A stretch of DNA of 64,000 nucleotides from Nitrospirota bacterium (GTDB lineage Bacteria; Nitrospirota; UBA9217). The stretch covers positions 2,240,001 through 2,304,000 of the forward strand of contig OY760142.1 in the NCBI GenBank assembly GCA_963663225.1, in the 5' to 3' direction. Below, in pieces: positions 19,710 through 28,082 of the stretch. Position 1 is the first letter of the stretch. Every line of letters starts with the position of its first letter. A program made the translations under genes and the position numbers. Under the pieces are notes generated by a model. That model was not told the DNA's origin. It searched no databases and worked only from the letters and a program-made list of their open reading frames with translations.

Positions 19710-20135
19710 GTGAAAAAGTGTTGTCTGGTCTTGCGCCGACAGATTTTGAGTACGGCTCCGGTGATCCGTTTCTGCCTGCTCGCTGGAGTCCTTCTTTTGG
19801 CCGGTTGTGCGCCGACTTTATATTATTGGGGTGATTACAACGAAAGTCTGGAGCAGCGCTATGAGAAAGAAAATCCGAATCGAGCCGAACAACTTCTGCG
19901 CGAGCAAATGACCGAATACAACACAGGGAATAAGGTGCCGCCCGGGATTTATGCTGATTATGGTTTTCTCCTGTATCGCCGGGGTGATACCGGTGGTGCA
20001 ATTGCATTTTTTGAAAAAGAAAAAAAGACTTTTCCAGAGTCTGCCCTTTTGATGGACAAACTGATTAACCGCATTAAACAGAAAACGGCGCAGGATTCTT
20101 CTAAAACATCATCAGCGGGAGAAAACAAGCCATGA
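19710..20135 (+). CDS. DUF4810-type lipoprotein
   Basis: Lipobox LAGC, LYYWGDY, VPPGIYADYG, FEKEKKTFPES. Sits between CsgG and DUF799 genes. Confidence 0.78.
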   Translation: MKKCCLVLRRQILSTAPVIRFCLLAGVLLLAGCAPTLYYWGDYNESLEQRYEKENPNRAEQLLREQMTEYNTGNKVPPGIYADYGFLLYRRGDTGGAIAFFEKEKKTFPESALLMDKLINRIKQKTAQDSSKTSSAGENKP

Positions 20136-20773
20136 AAAAGATAATATTTCTCTTGGCTGTTCCGCTGATTTTATTGTCCGGTTGTGCTTTATCGACAAAA
20201 CCCGATCTTGCGGCCTTCTACGCTCATCAGCCGCGGTCTATCGTGGTGGTGCCAGTTGCCAATGACTCGCCGGAAATTACTGCGCCGGCTGTTTTTACCC
20301 CATCACTTACCATGCCGTTGGCGGAACGAGGCTATTATGTTTTTCCCATCTACTTGACGGAAATGCTGCTGCGCGATCTGGGTTTGAGCGAAGCAGGACA
20401 CATCCATCAGATGCCACCCCAGCGTTTTCTGGAACTGTTTGGAGCAGATGCAGTGCTGCTGATAACCATTAAAGACTGGAGCACAAAGTATATTGTAATA
20501 TCCTCATCCATCGTGGTGGCGGCGGACTATGTACTGAAGGACACCCGCACCGGCATGATTTTGTGGCGGGGCAATCGGAGCATTATTAAACAACCGAACA
20601 GTGGCGGAGGAGGTTTGATCGGAATGCTGGTATCTTCAGTTGTCCATGCACTAATTACGGACTACAGGCCTCTGGCTCGAGAGGCCAACAATACAGCATT
20701 TCTCCCTCCGCATGGCCTGCCCGCAGGGCCCTATCATCCGGAGTTCGGAAAGGACAAAAATCGTTTTGAATAG
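20132..20773 (+). CDS. DUF799/GNA1162-type lipoprotein
   Basis: Lipobox LSGC, PRSIVVVP, PLAERGYYVFP, FGADAVL, GLPAGPY. Confidence 0.8.
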   Translation: MKKIIFLLAVPLILLSGCALSTKPDLAAFYAHQPRSIVVVPVANDSPEITAPAVFTPSLTMPLAERGYYVFPIYLTEMLLRDLGLSEAGHIHQMPPQRFLELFGADAVLLITIKDWSTKYIVISSSIVVAADYVLKDTRTGMILWRGNRSIIKQPNSGGGGLIGMLVSSVVHALITDYRPLAREANNTAFLPPHGLPAGPYHPEFGKDKNRFE

Positions 20774-20967
20774 AATCTTTCGGGTTTTTATTTTTTCCGT
20801 ATTTTAGAAGACTGGACAAATTACTGTAAAAAGCAGCAAGAAACAACCGGGAGGATTTCAAGAACAGCATACGGGAACATGCATTTTATTATTTTCATGA
20901 CCTAAACACGCCCATTAAACAGCATCATTCATTTTACCGCACACCCAACCCTTTAATCGCATCAACA

Positions 20968-21102
20968 TCATCTTGTCTTTGAAACGCCCATCTTATCGTC
21001 AAGCACTTCTCGGATTTTGCCGACCAGCGCGAGAGGGGAAAAGGGCTTTGAAATTAATACGATGTCTTTATGAAGAATATAATCCCTTCTGTGGTCTGCC
21101 AT
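20968..21102 (-). pseudogene. 44-codon remnant of a receiver-domain C-terminus
   Basis: MADHRRDYILHKDIVLISKPFSPLALVGKIREVLDDKMGVSKTR matches the beta5-alpha5 end of hybrid-kinase receiver domains. Confidence 0.55.
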
Positions 21103-21434
21103 GTTTTTTTGCTTTCTGTTTGTGTCCCGTTGTCATCTGATATGACGTCAACTGATTTTTTATAGAGCTCGCCAAGAAAAAAACATTATGGTCGTTCAGA
21201 AGAAAGTATTCGTTTTGTTAATAATTTATGCAGATTATTTCATAAAAATGCATAATTGCGCAAAAAGGTGAGGTTGAGTGTGTAAAAAGTCGTATAAAAT
21301 TGGAATATTAAAATTCGCAAATTAATCGCACATATGTTATCTTATTCATGATTAATAAAAAACTTTGCATGCACATGTCAGTGATTGCAAAATTAATTAT
21401 CACGGGCAAGCGAAAGCTCGTTAAGCCTATTCGT

Positions 21435-21460
21435 TAAAGTTTAGAATAATATGTCGATAT
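21435..21460 (+). promoter_or_regulatory. Possible sigma28 (FliA) promoter upstream of cheY-like gene
   Basis: TAAAGTTT-N10-GTCGATAT against consensus TAAAGTTT-N11-GCCGATAA. Spacer is one base short. Confidence 0.4.
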
Positions 21461-21589
21461 ATGGGTTGGACGTAGCGGATTTGGATGGTTGCGAGTGCTA
21501 AAAGCGACAACAGAAAATGAATAGCAATGAAGGGCGAGTGCATACGATACGTTTAATATTTTGGATGCATGGCAATCAGGAGGAAACGC

Positions 21590-21955
21590 ATGCCAAAAAA
21601 ATTATTAATTGTCGATGATTCCGCATCTATAAGAGAGTTGGTGGCGTTTACGCTTAAAGATGCAGGATATGATGTTCTTGTTGCTGAGCATGGGAAAAAG
21701 GCTCTTGCAAAACTGGCAGACACGCCGGTCGATATGATTATCACCGATCTGAATATGCCGGAAATGGATGGGAACGAACTAATCAGGCACGTGCGGGGAA
21801 TGGGACCTTACAAGTTTACACCGATAGTCATGCTGACAACGGAAGCACAGGAAAAAAAGAAGATAGAAGGGAAGAATGCTGGAGCAAACGGATGGATCGT
21901 GAAGCCATTTAAACCGGAACAGCTTGCCGAGATTGTGCGAAAATTTATAGAATAA
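21590..21955 (+). CDS. Single-domain response regulator, CheY-like
   Basis: LIVDDS, ITDLNMPEMDG, MLTTE, GWIVKPF. RBS AGGAGG before ATG 21590. Confidence 0.9.
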   Translation: MPKKLLIVDDSASIRELVAFTLKDAGYDVLVAEHGKKALAKLADTPVDMIITDLNMPEMDGNELIRHVRGMGPYKFTPIVMLTTEAQEKKKIEGKNAGANGWIVKPFKPEQLAEIVRKFIE

Positions 21956-22211
21956 CATCTTAATCTCAATAGCAATTTAGCCAAGCAATAAACAAAAAAA
22001 TATCCTGAACATTCAAAATCGCATACAGTGTTCCAGAACTGCGAACATATCCCACCGCTAAACATATCAGATACAGATTGCCTGCGTAGTGCCCGGCGAC
22101 AAACAAACACTGCTGTAAAAAACAAAAGAACTTGATGGGAAATATCTATAAAGCGGACACATATCTGCTCTTTTCGAGTACAGAACATTGTCAACTAAAC
22201 AAAAGACATCA

Positions 22212-24770
22212 TCAGGACGCCACCCTTGATGCTTTACGGAGTTTTATTATCTCAAACCATACTATGCTTACAATTCCGGCGGAGAAGCAGAGCGCGAGGT
22301 CTATTCCATGCAGCGTATTGAACTGGAAGAGTGTGTGCATGAACGGGGTGTAGAGCACAATGCCCAGAAACAGAACCGCTCCGCCCAGGACCATCCAAAG
22401 CGCGGGATTGGGATACCGGAATGTCCTGAGGATGCTGCGGGTCCATGATCTGTTTGTCAGGATCAGTCCGAGATTCGCTATGATGAGCGTCGTAAAGCAG
22501 AGGGTCCTCGCTTCAGATTCACCTTGATTGCGATACAGCGCTGTAACATATACCAGGAAAACAACGAGCAGTACAGCGGCCCCTTGCAGCAGACTGAACG
22601 CAATCATGCTGTGGCCGAAGAGCGGAACCCCGAGACTGCGGGGCGGACGCTTCATGATGTCCGACTCCTCCGTCTCCGCTTCGAATACGATTGAGCAGGC
22701 CGGATCGATGATCAATTCAAGAAATACGATATGCACCGGCAGCAGCACCAGCGGCCAGTGGAGCAGTACCGGCAGCAGCGACATCCCGGCTATCGGTACG
22801 TGGACGGCAAAAATATACACCATGGCTTTTTTGAGATTGTCGAATATCCTTCTGCCCATTCTGACAGCCTGAACGATCGACGTGAAATCGTCATCCAGCA
22901 GCACGATTGCCGAAGCCTCGCGGGCAACGTCCGTCCCCCGTCCACCCATCGCGATTCCGATATGGGCCGCCTTGAGCGCCGCCGCGTCATTCACGCCGTC
23001 GCCGGTCATGGCCACGACCTCGCCGTTTGCCTTCAATGCGTTGACGATGAACAGCTTCTGTTCAGGAGCAACTCTCGCAAAAATATCAACGTTGCCGATC
23101 TTTTGCCGGAGCTCCGCCGCGCTCATCTTCTCAATTTCTGGACCCGTGATGACCTCGGCGCGGTTCTTCAGCCCGACTTCCGCGGCGATATTCTGTGCCG
23201 TGACCGGATAGTCTCCGGTTATCATCACGACTCGTATCCCGGCCTCGGAGCACTCCTTGACGGCCTCCGTCACACCCGGCCGGACAGGATCCGCCAGACC
23301 TATCAGCCCCATGAAATCAAAAACAAAGTCATGCTGCCCAGCCGGAAGCGAACCTTTTGAGAAAACAGACCGTGCTATACCGATGACCCTGAGCCCTTCG
23401 ACCGCCATTGTGTCGATGGCGCGGGTAATCTGCTCTTTCAGGGTTTCGTCCAGATGACAGATGTCGGCAATGGCTTCGGGAGACCCCTTTGCGGCAATAA
23501 TGAAGTCCTTGCTGTCAGGTGATTTCCAGACGCGGGACATGGCCAGCAGTTCTGGGGAGAGGGGATATTCCTCCACCAGGACCCAATCGTCGTGAAGATG
23601 GCCGGTATCGGCAAGCGTCCTGTTTCCGAGTTCACGCAGGGCCATTTCCATCGGGTCGAACGGAGCCGCCTGGCTCGCGAGAATACTGAATTCGACGAGC
23701 TCATGGATATTTTCATTGATTGTTTCGGCATCGTACGCCAGATCATAGAACGTGTTTCCAGAAAATACTTTTTTTACGGACATCCGGTTCAGCGTAAGCG
23801 TGCCGGTTTTATCAACACAGAGAACAGTTGCGGAACCGAGCGTTTCCACCGCCGGAACACGCCGCGTCAGAACTCTTTTTTGCGATATCCGCCACGCGCC
23901 GAGAGCAAGGAAAATGGTCAGTACTACCGGAAACTCCTCCGGAAGCATTGCCATGGCGAGGGTTATTCCGGCAAGCAGCCCGTTCAACCAGTTGCCGCGT
24001 GTGAGACCGTAGGCGACAACAACAAGAACAAAAAGTGCCAGTCCGATGAGCGCAAGATTCCGGACCAGCTTCGCGGTTTCTTTCTGCAGACGCGTCCGCT
24101 CGTGCACGATGGTGTTGAGAGACGTGCCTATTTTTCCTATCTCCGTGTCCTCGCCGATCGCTTTGCTTTCCGCGACGCCGAAGCCCTGCACAACCAGTGT
24201 TCCGGAAAATACGCACGGCAGGCAATCACCGCCCGGGCGGGACATTGCAGTAGAGCTTTCCGCGGGTGTTTTTCTTACCGGGATTGATTCGCCGGTAAGC
24301 AATGACTCATCCACGAAGAGATTGACGCAGGAAAGAACGATTGCGTCGGCAGGCACGCGGTCTCCCTCTGCCAGAACGATGATATCGCCCCGCACCACGT
24401 CACGGCCCGGTATCCGTTTCGGGGCTCCGTCTCTGATGACGAGGGCACGGGGGCTTGCGAGGTCCCGCAATGCCTCAAGAGCGCGCTCGGTCTTGCGTTC
24501 CTGATACAGTGTTATGCCTATGACCAGAAACACGAAGCAGAGCAGCAGAAGAGCTTCGACAACATCCCCGAGTAGCAGGTAAATGCCGCCCCCGGAAATC
24601 AGAAGCAAAAACATGGGTTCCTTTATGACCTCGAAGGCTATTGTGGCGGTGCTTTTCTGTTTGGACGCAGGAAGCTCGTTATGCCCGTCTCTGGCAAGTC
24701 TTATCCCGGCTTCCGTCTCGGAAAGCCCCGGAAAGTTCTGAATATTTGTAGCTGTTTTTATCATCAGCAC
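22212..24770 (-). CDS. P-type ATPase, type II (Ca2+/cation-translocating)
   Basis: DESLLTGES, PEEFP, DKTGTLT, MITGD, TGDGVNDA. Confidence 0.94.
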   Translation of the reverse strand: MLMIKTATNIQNFPGLSETEAGIRLARDGHNELPASKQKSTATIAFEVIKEPMFLLLISGGGIYLLLGDVVEALLLLCFVFLVIGITLYQERKTERALEALRDLASPRALVIRDGAPKRIPGRDVVRGDIIVLAEGDRVPADAIVLSCVNLFVDESLLTGESIPVRKTPAESSTAMSRPGGDCLPCVFSGTLVVQGFGVAESKAIGEDTEIGKIGTSLNTIVHERTRLQKETAKLVRNLALIGLALFVLVVVAYGLTRGNWLNGLLAGITLAMAMLPEEFPVVLTIFLALGAWRISQKRVLTRRVPAVETLGSATVLCVDKTGTLTLNRMSVKKVFSGNTFYDLAYDAETINENIHELVEFSILASQAAPFDPMEMALRELGNRTLADTGHLHDDWVLVEEYPLSPELLAMSRVWKSPDSKDFIIAAKGSPEAIADICHLDETLKEQITRAIDTMAVEGLRVIGIARSVFSKGSLPAGQHDFVFDFMGLIGLADPVRPGVTEAVKECSEAGIRVVMITGDYPVTAQNIAAEVGLKNRAEVITGPEIEKMSAAELRQKIGNVDIFARVAPEQKLFIVNALKANGEVVAMTGDGVNDAAALKAAHIGIAMGGRGTDVAREASAIVLLDDDFTSIVQAVRMGRRIFDNLKKAMVYIFAVHVPIAGMSLLPVLLHWPLVLLPVHIVFLELIIDPACSIVFEAETEESDIMKRPPRSLGVPLFGHSMIAFSLLQGAAVLLVVFLVYVTALYRNQGESEARTLCFTTLIIANLGLILTNRSWTRSILRTFRYPNPALWMVLGGAVLFLGIVLYTPFMHTLFQFNTLHGIDLALCFSAGIVSIVWFEIIKLRKASRVAS

Positions 24771-25192
24771 CTTAAATCTATAAAACCATAATCTTGACTT
24801 TTATTATTATTGTATCAAACCTGCGACGGGATGTGGATACTGATGAATCTGCACTGAAGCCGATCAAGTTGGCTGGTATTAGCTTAATGTCTTATCGGTA
24901 GTATGTATATTATTATATATTCTTTAAAATATAATTTTCTTCCTGTTGTCGACACTTGGAACGATTGATCCTAGTATACAATTATGAAGTAGCATAGGTG
25001 GATGGAGAAGAGGTGTAAAAAAAATATCGCAGGCACCGTCGTGGGTGTTTTATTAACCGTCGGGCTGCAGTATCAATCCTTCAGCTCTGCAGCATCGCAT
25101 GCGACTTGTCGCCATTGATTCTGCAGCTGCGTTTCTCTGTAAAGGCTTCTCAATTCTGCTTGAAATATGCACAGATGATACGCAGAATGCTC

Positions 25193-25221
25193 TTGACAAA
25201 AAGGCCTTCTCGCTTTATCAT
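25193..25221 (+). promoter_or_regulatory. Sigma70 promoter of the ArsR/selenoprotein operon
   Basis: TTGACA (25193-25198), 17 bp spacer, TATCAT (25216-25221). Confidence 0.75.
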
Positions 25222-25239
25222 ATTAGTAATAACTCATAT
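25220..25239. promoter_or_regulatory. Putative ArsR/SmtB operator
   Basis: Inverted repeat ATATTAGT-AATA-ACTCATAT (one mismatch) overlapping the -10 box and expected +1. Confidence 0.62.
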
Positions 25240-25256
25240 AAGTGAAGGCTAATGTT

Positions 25257-25601
25257 ATGACATCTAAAATAGAAAAACTGGCAAAAATATTCAAAGTGCT
25301 AGGCGACCCGAACCGACTCACTATCGTTATGTCGATCGGCAAAAGCTCTCGATCGGTGACCGAAATCATTAATACTACAGACTTGTCTCAAACCTTGGTA
25401 TCCTTTCACTTGAAAGCGCTCCGAAATGCCTCAATAGTCAAAACAGACCGCAGTGGGCCATTTATTTATTACAGCCTCACAGAGCCGTCACTCATGGATA
25501 TTCTGGGTGAACTCACGCGCACGGTTTCTTCCATAGATTTAATAGGATCGAAGATACAGGTGGCAACCAACGGGCGGGGCTCTGACAGGAGAAGGAGGTA
25601 A
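25257..25601 (+). CDS. ArsR/SmtB family transcriptional repressor
   Basis: FKVLGDPNRLTI, LSQTLVSFHLKALR, GPFIYYSL. Start is ATG 25257 or GTG 25242. Confidence 0.92.
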   Translation: MTSKIEKLAKIFKVLGDPNRLTIVMSIGKSSRSVTEIINTTDLSQTLVSFHLKALRNASIVKTDRSGPFIYYSLTEPSLMDILGELTRTVSSIDLIGSKIQVATNGRGSDRRRR

Positions 25602-25603
25602 CT

Positions 25604-25849
25604 ATGTGGTGGAACGGACCGGGTCCAGGATGGGGGCCGATGTACGGCTGGTGGATCATGCCGATATTCGGGATTATTTTCCTGCTGATCATTCTTTTCA
25701 TCGTCAGCCGTTTTTTCGGCAGCGGGAACGGCTTCTGCGGCAAGCGAGAACGGCGGGATGATGACGGCATACTTGAACTGAAAAAAGAGATACAGGAACT
25801 TAAGGAAGAAATCAGGGAATTAAAGAACGCACAGGGCGGAGGCAAATAA
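25604..25849 (+). CDS. Small single-pass membrane protein with C-terminal coiled coil
   Basis: RBS AAGGAGG. G/W/M-rich N-terminus, one TM segment, ELKKEIQELKEEIRELK. Stop abuts the next ATG. Confidence 0.8.
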   Translation: MWWNGPGPGWGPMYGWWIMPIFGIIFLLIILFIVSRFFGSGNGFCGKRERRDDDGILELKKEIQELKEEIRELKNAQGGGK

Positions 25850-26329
25850 ATGGAAAAGGATAAAATCGGCGACATGTTGTCGCAGGTAAGCCCCGTTCAC
25901 AAAAAAGAAATACTCAATAACCTTATTGCCACCCTACTTAAAGACCTGAACGAAACTGATAAAAAAGAAGTATTTCAAGCGATTCTGACAGGAAGAAAAA
26001 ATTCAGGTCAAGTCATCGATATGGTTGAGCGCTGAATACAGGAATGCACGGATTCCGGCGTGAATCCTGTGGAGATGAGTAAAGAGGTTATTTCGGCCAT
26101 CAGCCATTCTTATGAACTTGCCACCTATTCTACACCTGAGCTACGGGGGCTTTTCAACGACTGGTTAGGAGAAATCGAACGAGAAATCATAGAATTTCTT
26201 TCGGAGAAAGATACGGTAGATCCAGACGAGGTTTCAAAGCATTTCAGGCTTGAACGCGAAAGTGCCATATTTATATTAAGCAGGCTAGCCCGTGAGGGCA
26301 AAATCAACCTTCAGGCATCGGGTACCTGA
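25850..26329 (+). CDS. Putative selenoprotein (159 aa, U62 in UxxxC) with wHTH-like C-terminus
   Basis: Track ORFs 25850-26035 and 26060-26329 share one frame, separated only by TGA 26033-26035 (MVER-U-IQEC). A SECIS-like hairpin follows. Confidence 0.72.
26047..26071 (+). promoter_or_regulatory. SECIS-like hairpin 1
   Basis: CACGGATTC-CGGCGT-GAATCC(T)GTG. Loop begins 20 nt after the TGA. Confidence 0.65.
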
Positions 26330-26355
26330 TGCACAGATCCGAGATAGAAGGGAGC

Positions 26356-26619
26356 ATGGACAATAAAATACTGAATACTGGAGCTATTACATCAGCGCTG
26401 GCCTATACGTTTTGCTGACAACTTGTTACAGTCCTAGCCGGTTTTGGGTTGGGAGGCTTCACCCCGGCAGTTTGGATAGATAAATACCGTTGGCTGTTTC
26501 TGGCGGTAGCGGTTGTGCTCCTTGCATTCGCCTTTTACCGGGCGTACAGGGACCGCGAAAAGACAAGCCCATGGGGATCAGGCTTTTGTAAGGAGCTTCT
26601 ATTCTCTGCCTTGTCCTGA
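26356..26619 (+). CDS. MerT-like mercury/metal transporter, putative selenoprotein (C20-U21), absent from ORF track
   Basis: RBS AGGGAG. MDNKILNTGAITSALAYTFC-U-QLVTVLAGFGLGGFTPAVWIDKYRWLFLAVAVVLLAFAFYRAYR aligns with the MerT TM1 CC pair and YRxxF...YR. TGA at 26416-26418. Confidence 0.8.
26432..26454 (+). promoter_or_regulatory. SECIS-like hairpin 2
   Basis: TCCTAGCC-GGTTTTG-GGTTGGGA (8 bp including 2 G-U). Loop begins 21 nt after the TGA. Confidence 0.62.
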
Positions 26620-26657
26620 TATTTTATTCCCTGCTGTAGAAGACAAAGGAGTTTACC

Positions 26658-28082
26658 ATGACAGACGATCTTAAAAAGAAAAGCGGCGGTGCTTCCTGCT
26701 GACCCCCCGATACTGATGCCGGTCGGCAGCAGAGCACTTGTACAAATGACGTAGAGCAGAAGCAGTCTAATACCGAGCACTGCATGGTTTGTGGCTCATC
26801 CCTGGAATACCTTGACCAGACAAGGCATATAACATGTTCATATTGCGGAAAGATCGAGGGCGGCCATATCATGTGCCCCAACGGTCACTATATCTGCGAC
26901 CATTGCCACAACCGGGGCGCAATGGAGATTATTCAAGATATTTCGCATATGTCAAACTCTAAAGACCCATTTGAGATTGCGGAATTGATGATGAGCTATC
27001 CAGGGCTTCCCATGCTCGGGTGCCAGCATGCCTACATCGCGAGCGGTGCGCTCATGGCCGCGATAAAAAATGAGGGTTCGCGGAGCATCACAAACAACGA
27101 TATGGATGAGGTCTTCAAACGCACCGAGAAACAAGCTCATGGCGGGTACTGCGGTCTTTCAGGCGTATGCGGCATCGCTCCAGCCATTGGGGCTTGCTTT
27201 TCAGTTCTTACCGGCTCAAAATGCGGCACCACCCAAGAGCAGCAGATCACCATGGAGGCTGTAACGCGTGTATCACGCGTTATCACCGACCTTACCGGCC
27301 CAAGCTGCTGCAAAGCATATGTGCGGGGTGCCCTGGAGGTTTCGGTATCGCTTTTGAAGGATAGTTTAAATATCATCCTGCCTTCGCCTAAAGAGAAAGC
27401 GACCTGCACTTACTCAAGCAAACATCCCCATGGCTGCCGAGAAGGACAGTGTCCGTATTTTGCTGTAACTGTAGAACCCACAAGAGCAGCCTTGAACATG
27501 AGTAAAGTACCTGTCTCACTAATCATAAGAAAAGTGGCTTCAACAGATAGCAAGATGAAAGAGTTATTAAAACGAGCTTTGGAGTTAGGCGCGGATAATG
27601 CAAAAATAATCTCCACTGATTCGGTTGTGGTAGAGGAGTGGGCCCGGTGGAAGTGCCAGTACGGATGCGCACTCTATGAAAAGGATGGCTGCCATCCACC
27701 CAATGCTCCTGATGCTGAAAGTACGAAGAAACTTATGAGAGAATACAGCACGGCCGTGCTCCTTAAGGGATCCAAGGGAAAAGCACTCACAGAAATTGCA
27801 GTTCGGCTTGAAGGAGAAGCTTACCATCAGGGCTACTATAAGGCATTTGCTTTAACGGCGCTTTCAAGCGGCGGCGGAAGCGGATCGACCTGACCCTCCG
27901 GCGATAAAGAGACTCCGGGTGAGTCTCAAAATATGGAACAGCAAAACATGAGAATCCGGCCTCTTATGGAAGCCTGCGGCATTGATGTTTTTAAGACAGC
28001 AAGAAACAACGGTTTTGAAATAGACACTAAAAAAGAAACATACGGTGGTTGGAATTACTTTGCACTTATTTTGGTGGAATAA
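26658..28082 (+). CDS. DUF5714-DUF2284 fusion metal-binding protein, putative double selenoprotein (474 aa, U15 and U412)
   Basis: RBS AAAGGAG before ATG 26658. TGA 26700 (GGASC-U-PP) is in frame with track ORF 26784. After TGA 27891 the frame continues with the DUF2284-type tail RPLMEACGIDVFKTARNNG...YFALILVE to TAA 28080-28082, which abuts the next ATG. Confidence 0.82.
26713..26732 (+). promoter_or_regulatory. SECIS-like hairpin 3
   Basis: CTG-A-TGCC-GGTC-GGCA-G-CAG. Loop begins 18 nt after the TGA. Confidence 0.55.
27909..27927 (+). promoter_or_regulatory. SECIS-like hairpin 4
   Basis: GAGACTC-CGGGT-GAGTCTC, perfect 7-bp stem. Loop begins 22 nt after the TGA. Confidence 0.7.

Noticed and set aside
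25002-25142. Small ORF with signal-like segment ending CRH-TGA-FCSC (CxxU)
   Set aside because: Lies upstream of the operon promoter, has no SECIS-like hairpin at the shared spacing and no recognisable family. Probably chance, though a tblastn would be cheap.
26327-26347. Further read-through at TGA 26327 giving U-C-TDPR
   Set aside because: No hairpin at the 18-22 nt spacing and only five extra residues after the Sec. Treated as a true stop.
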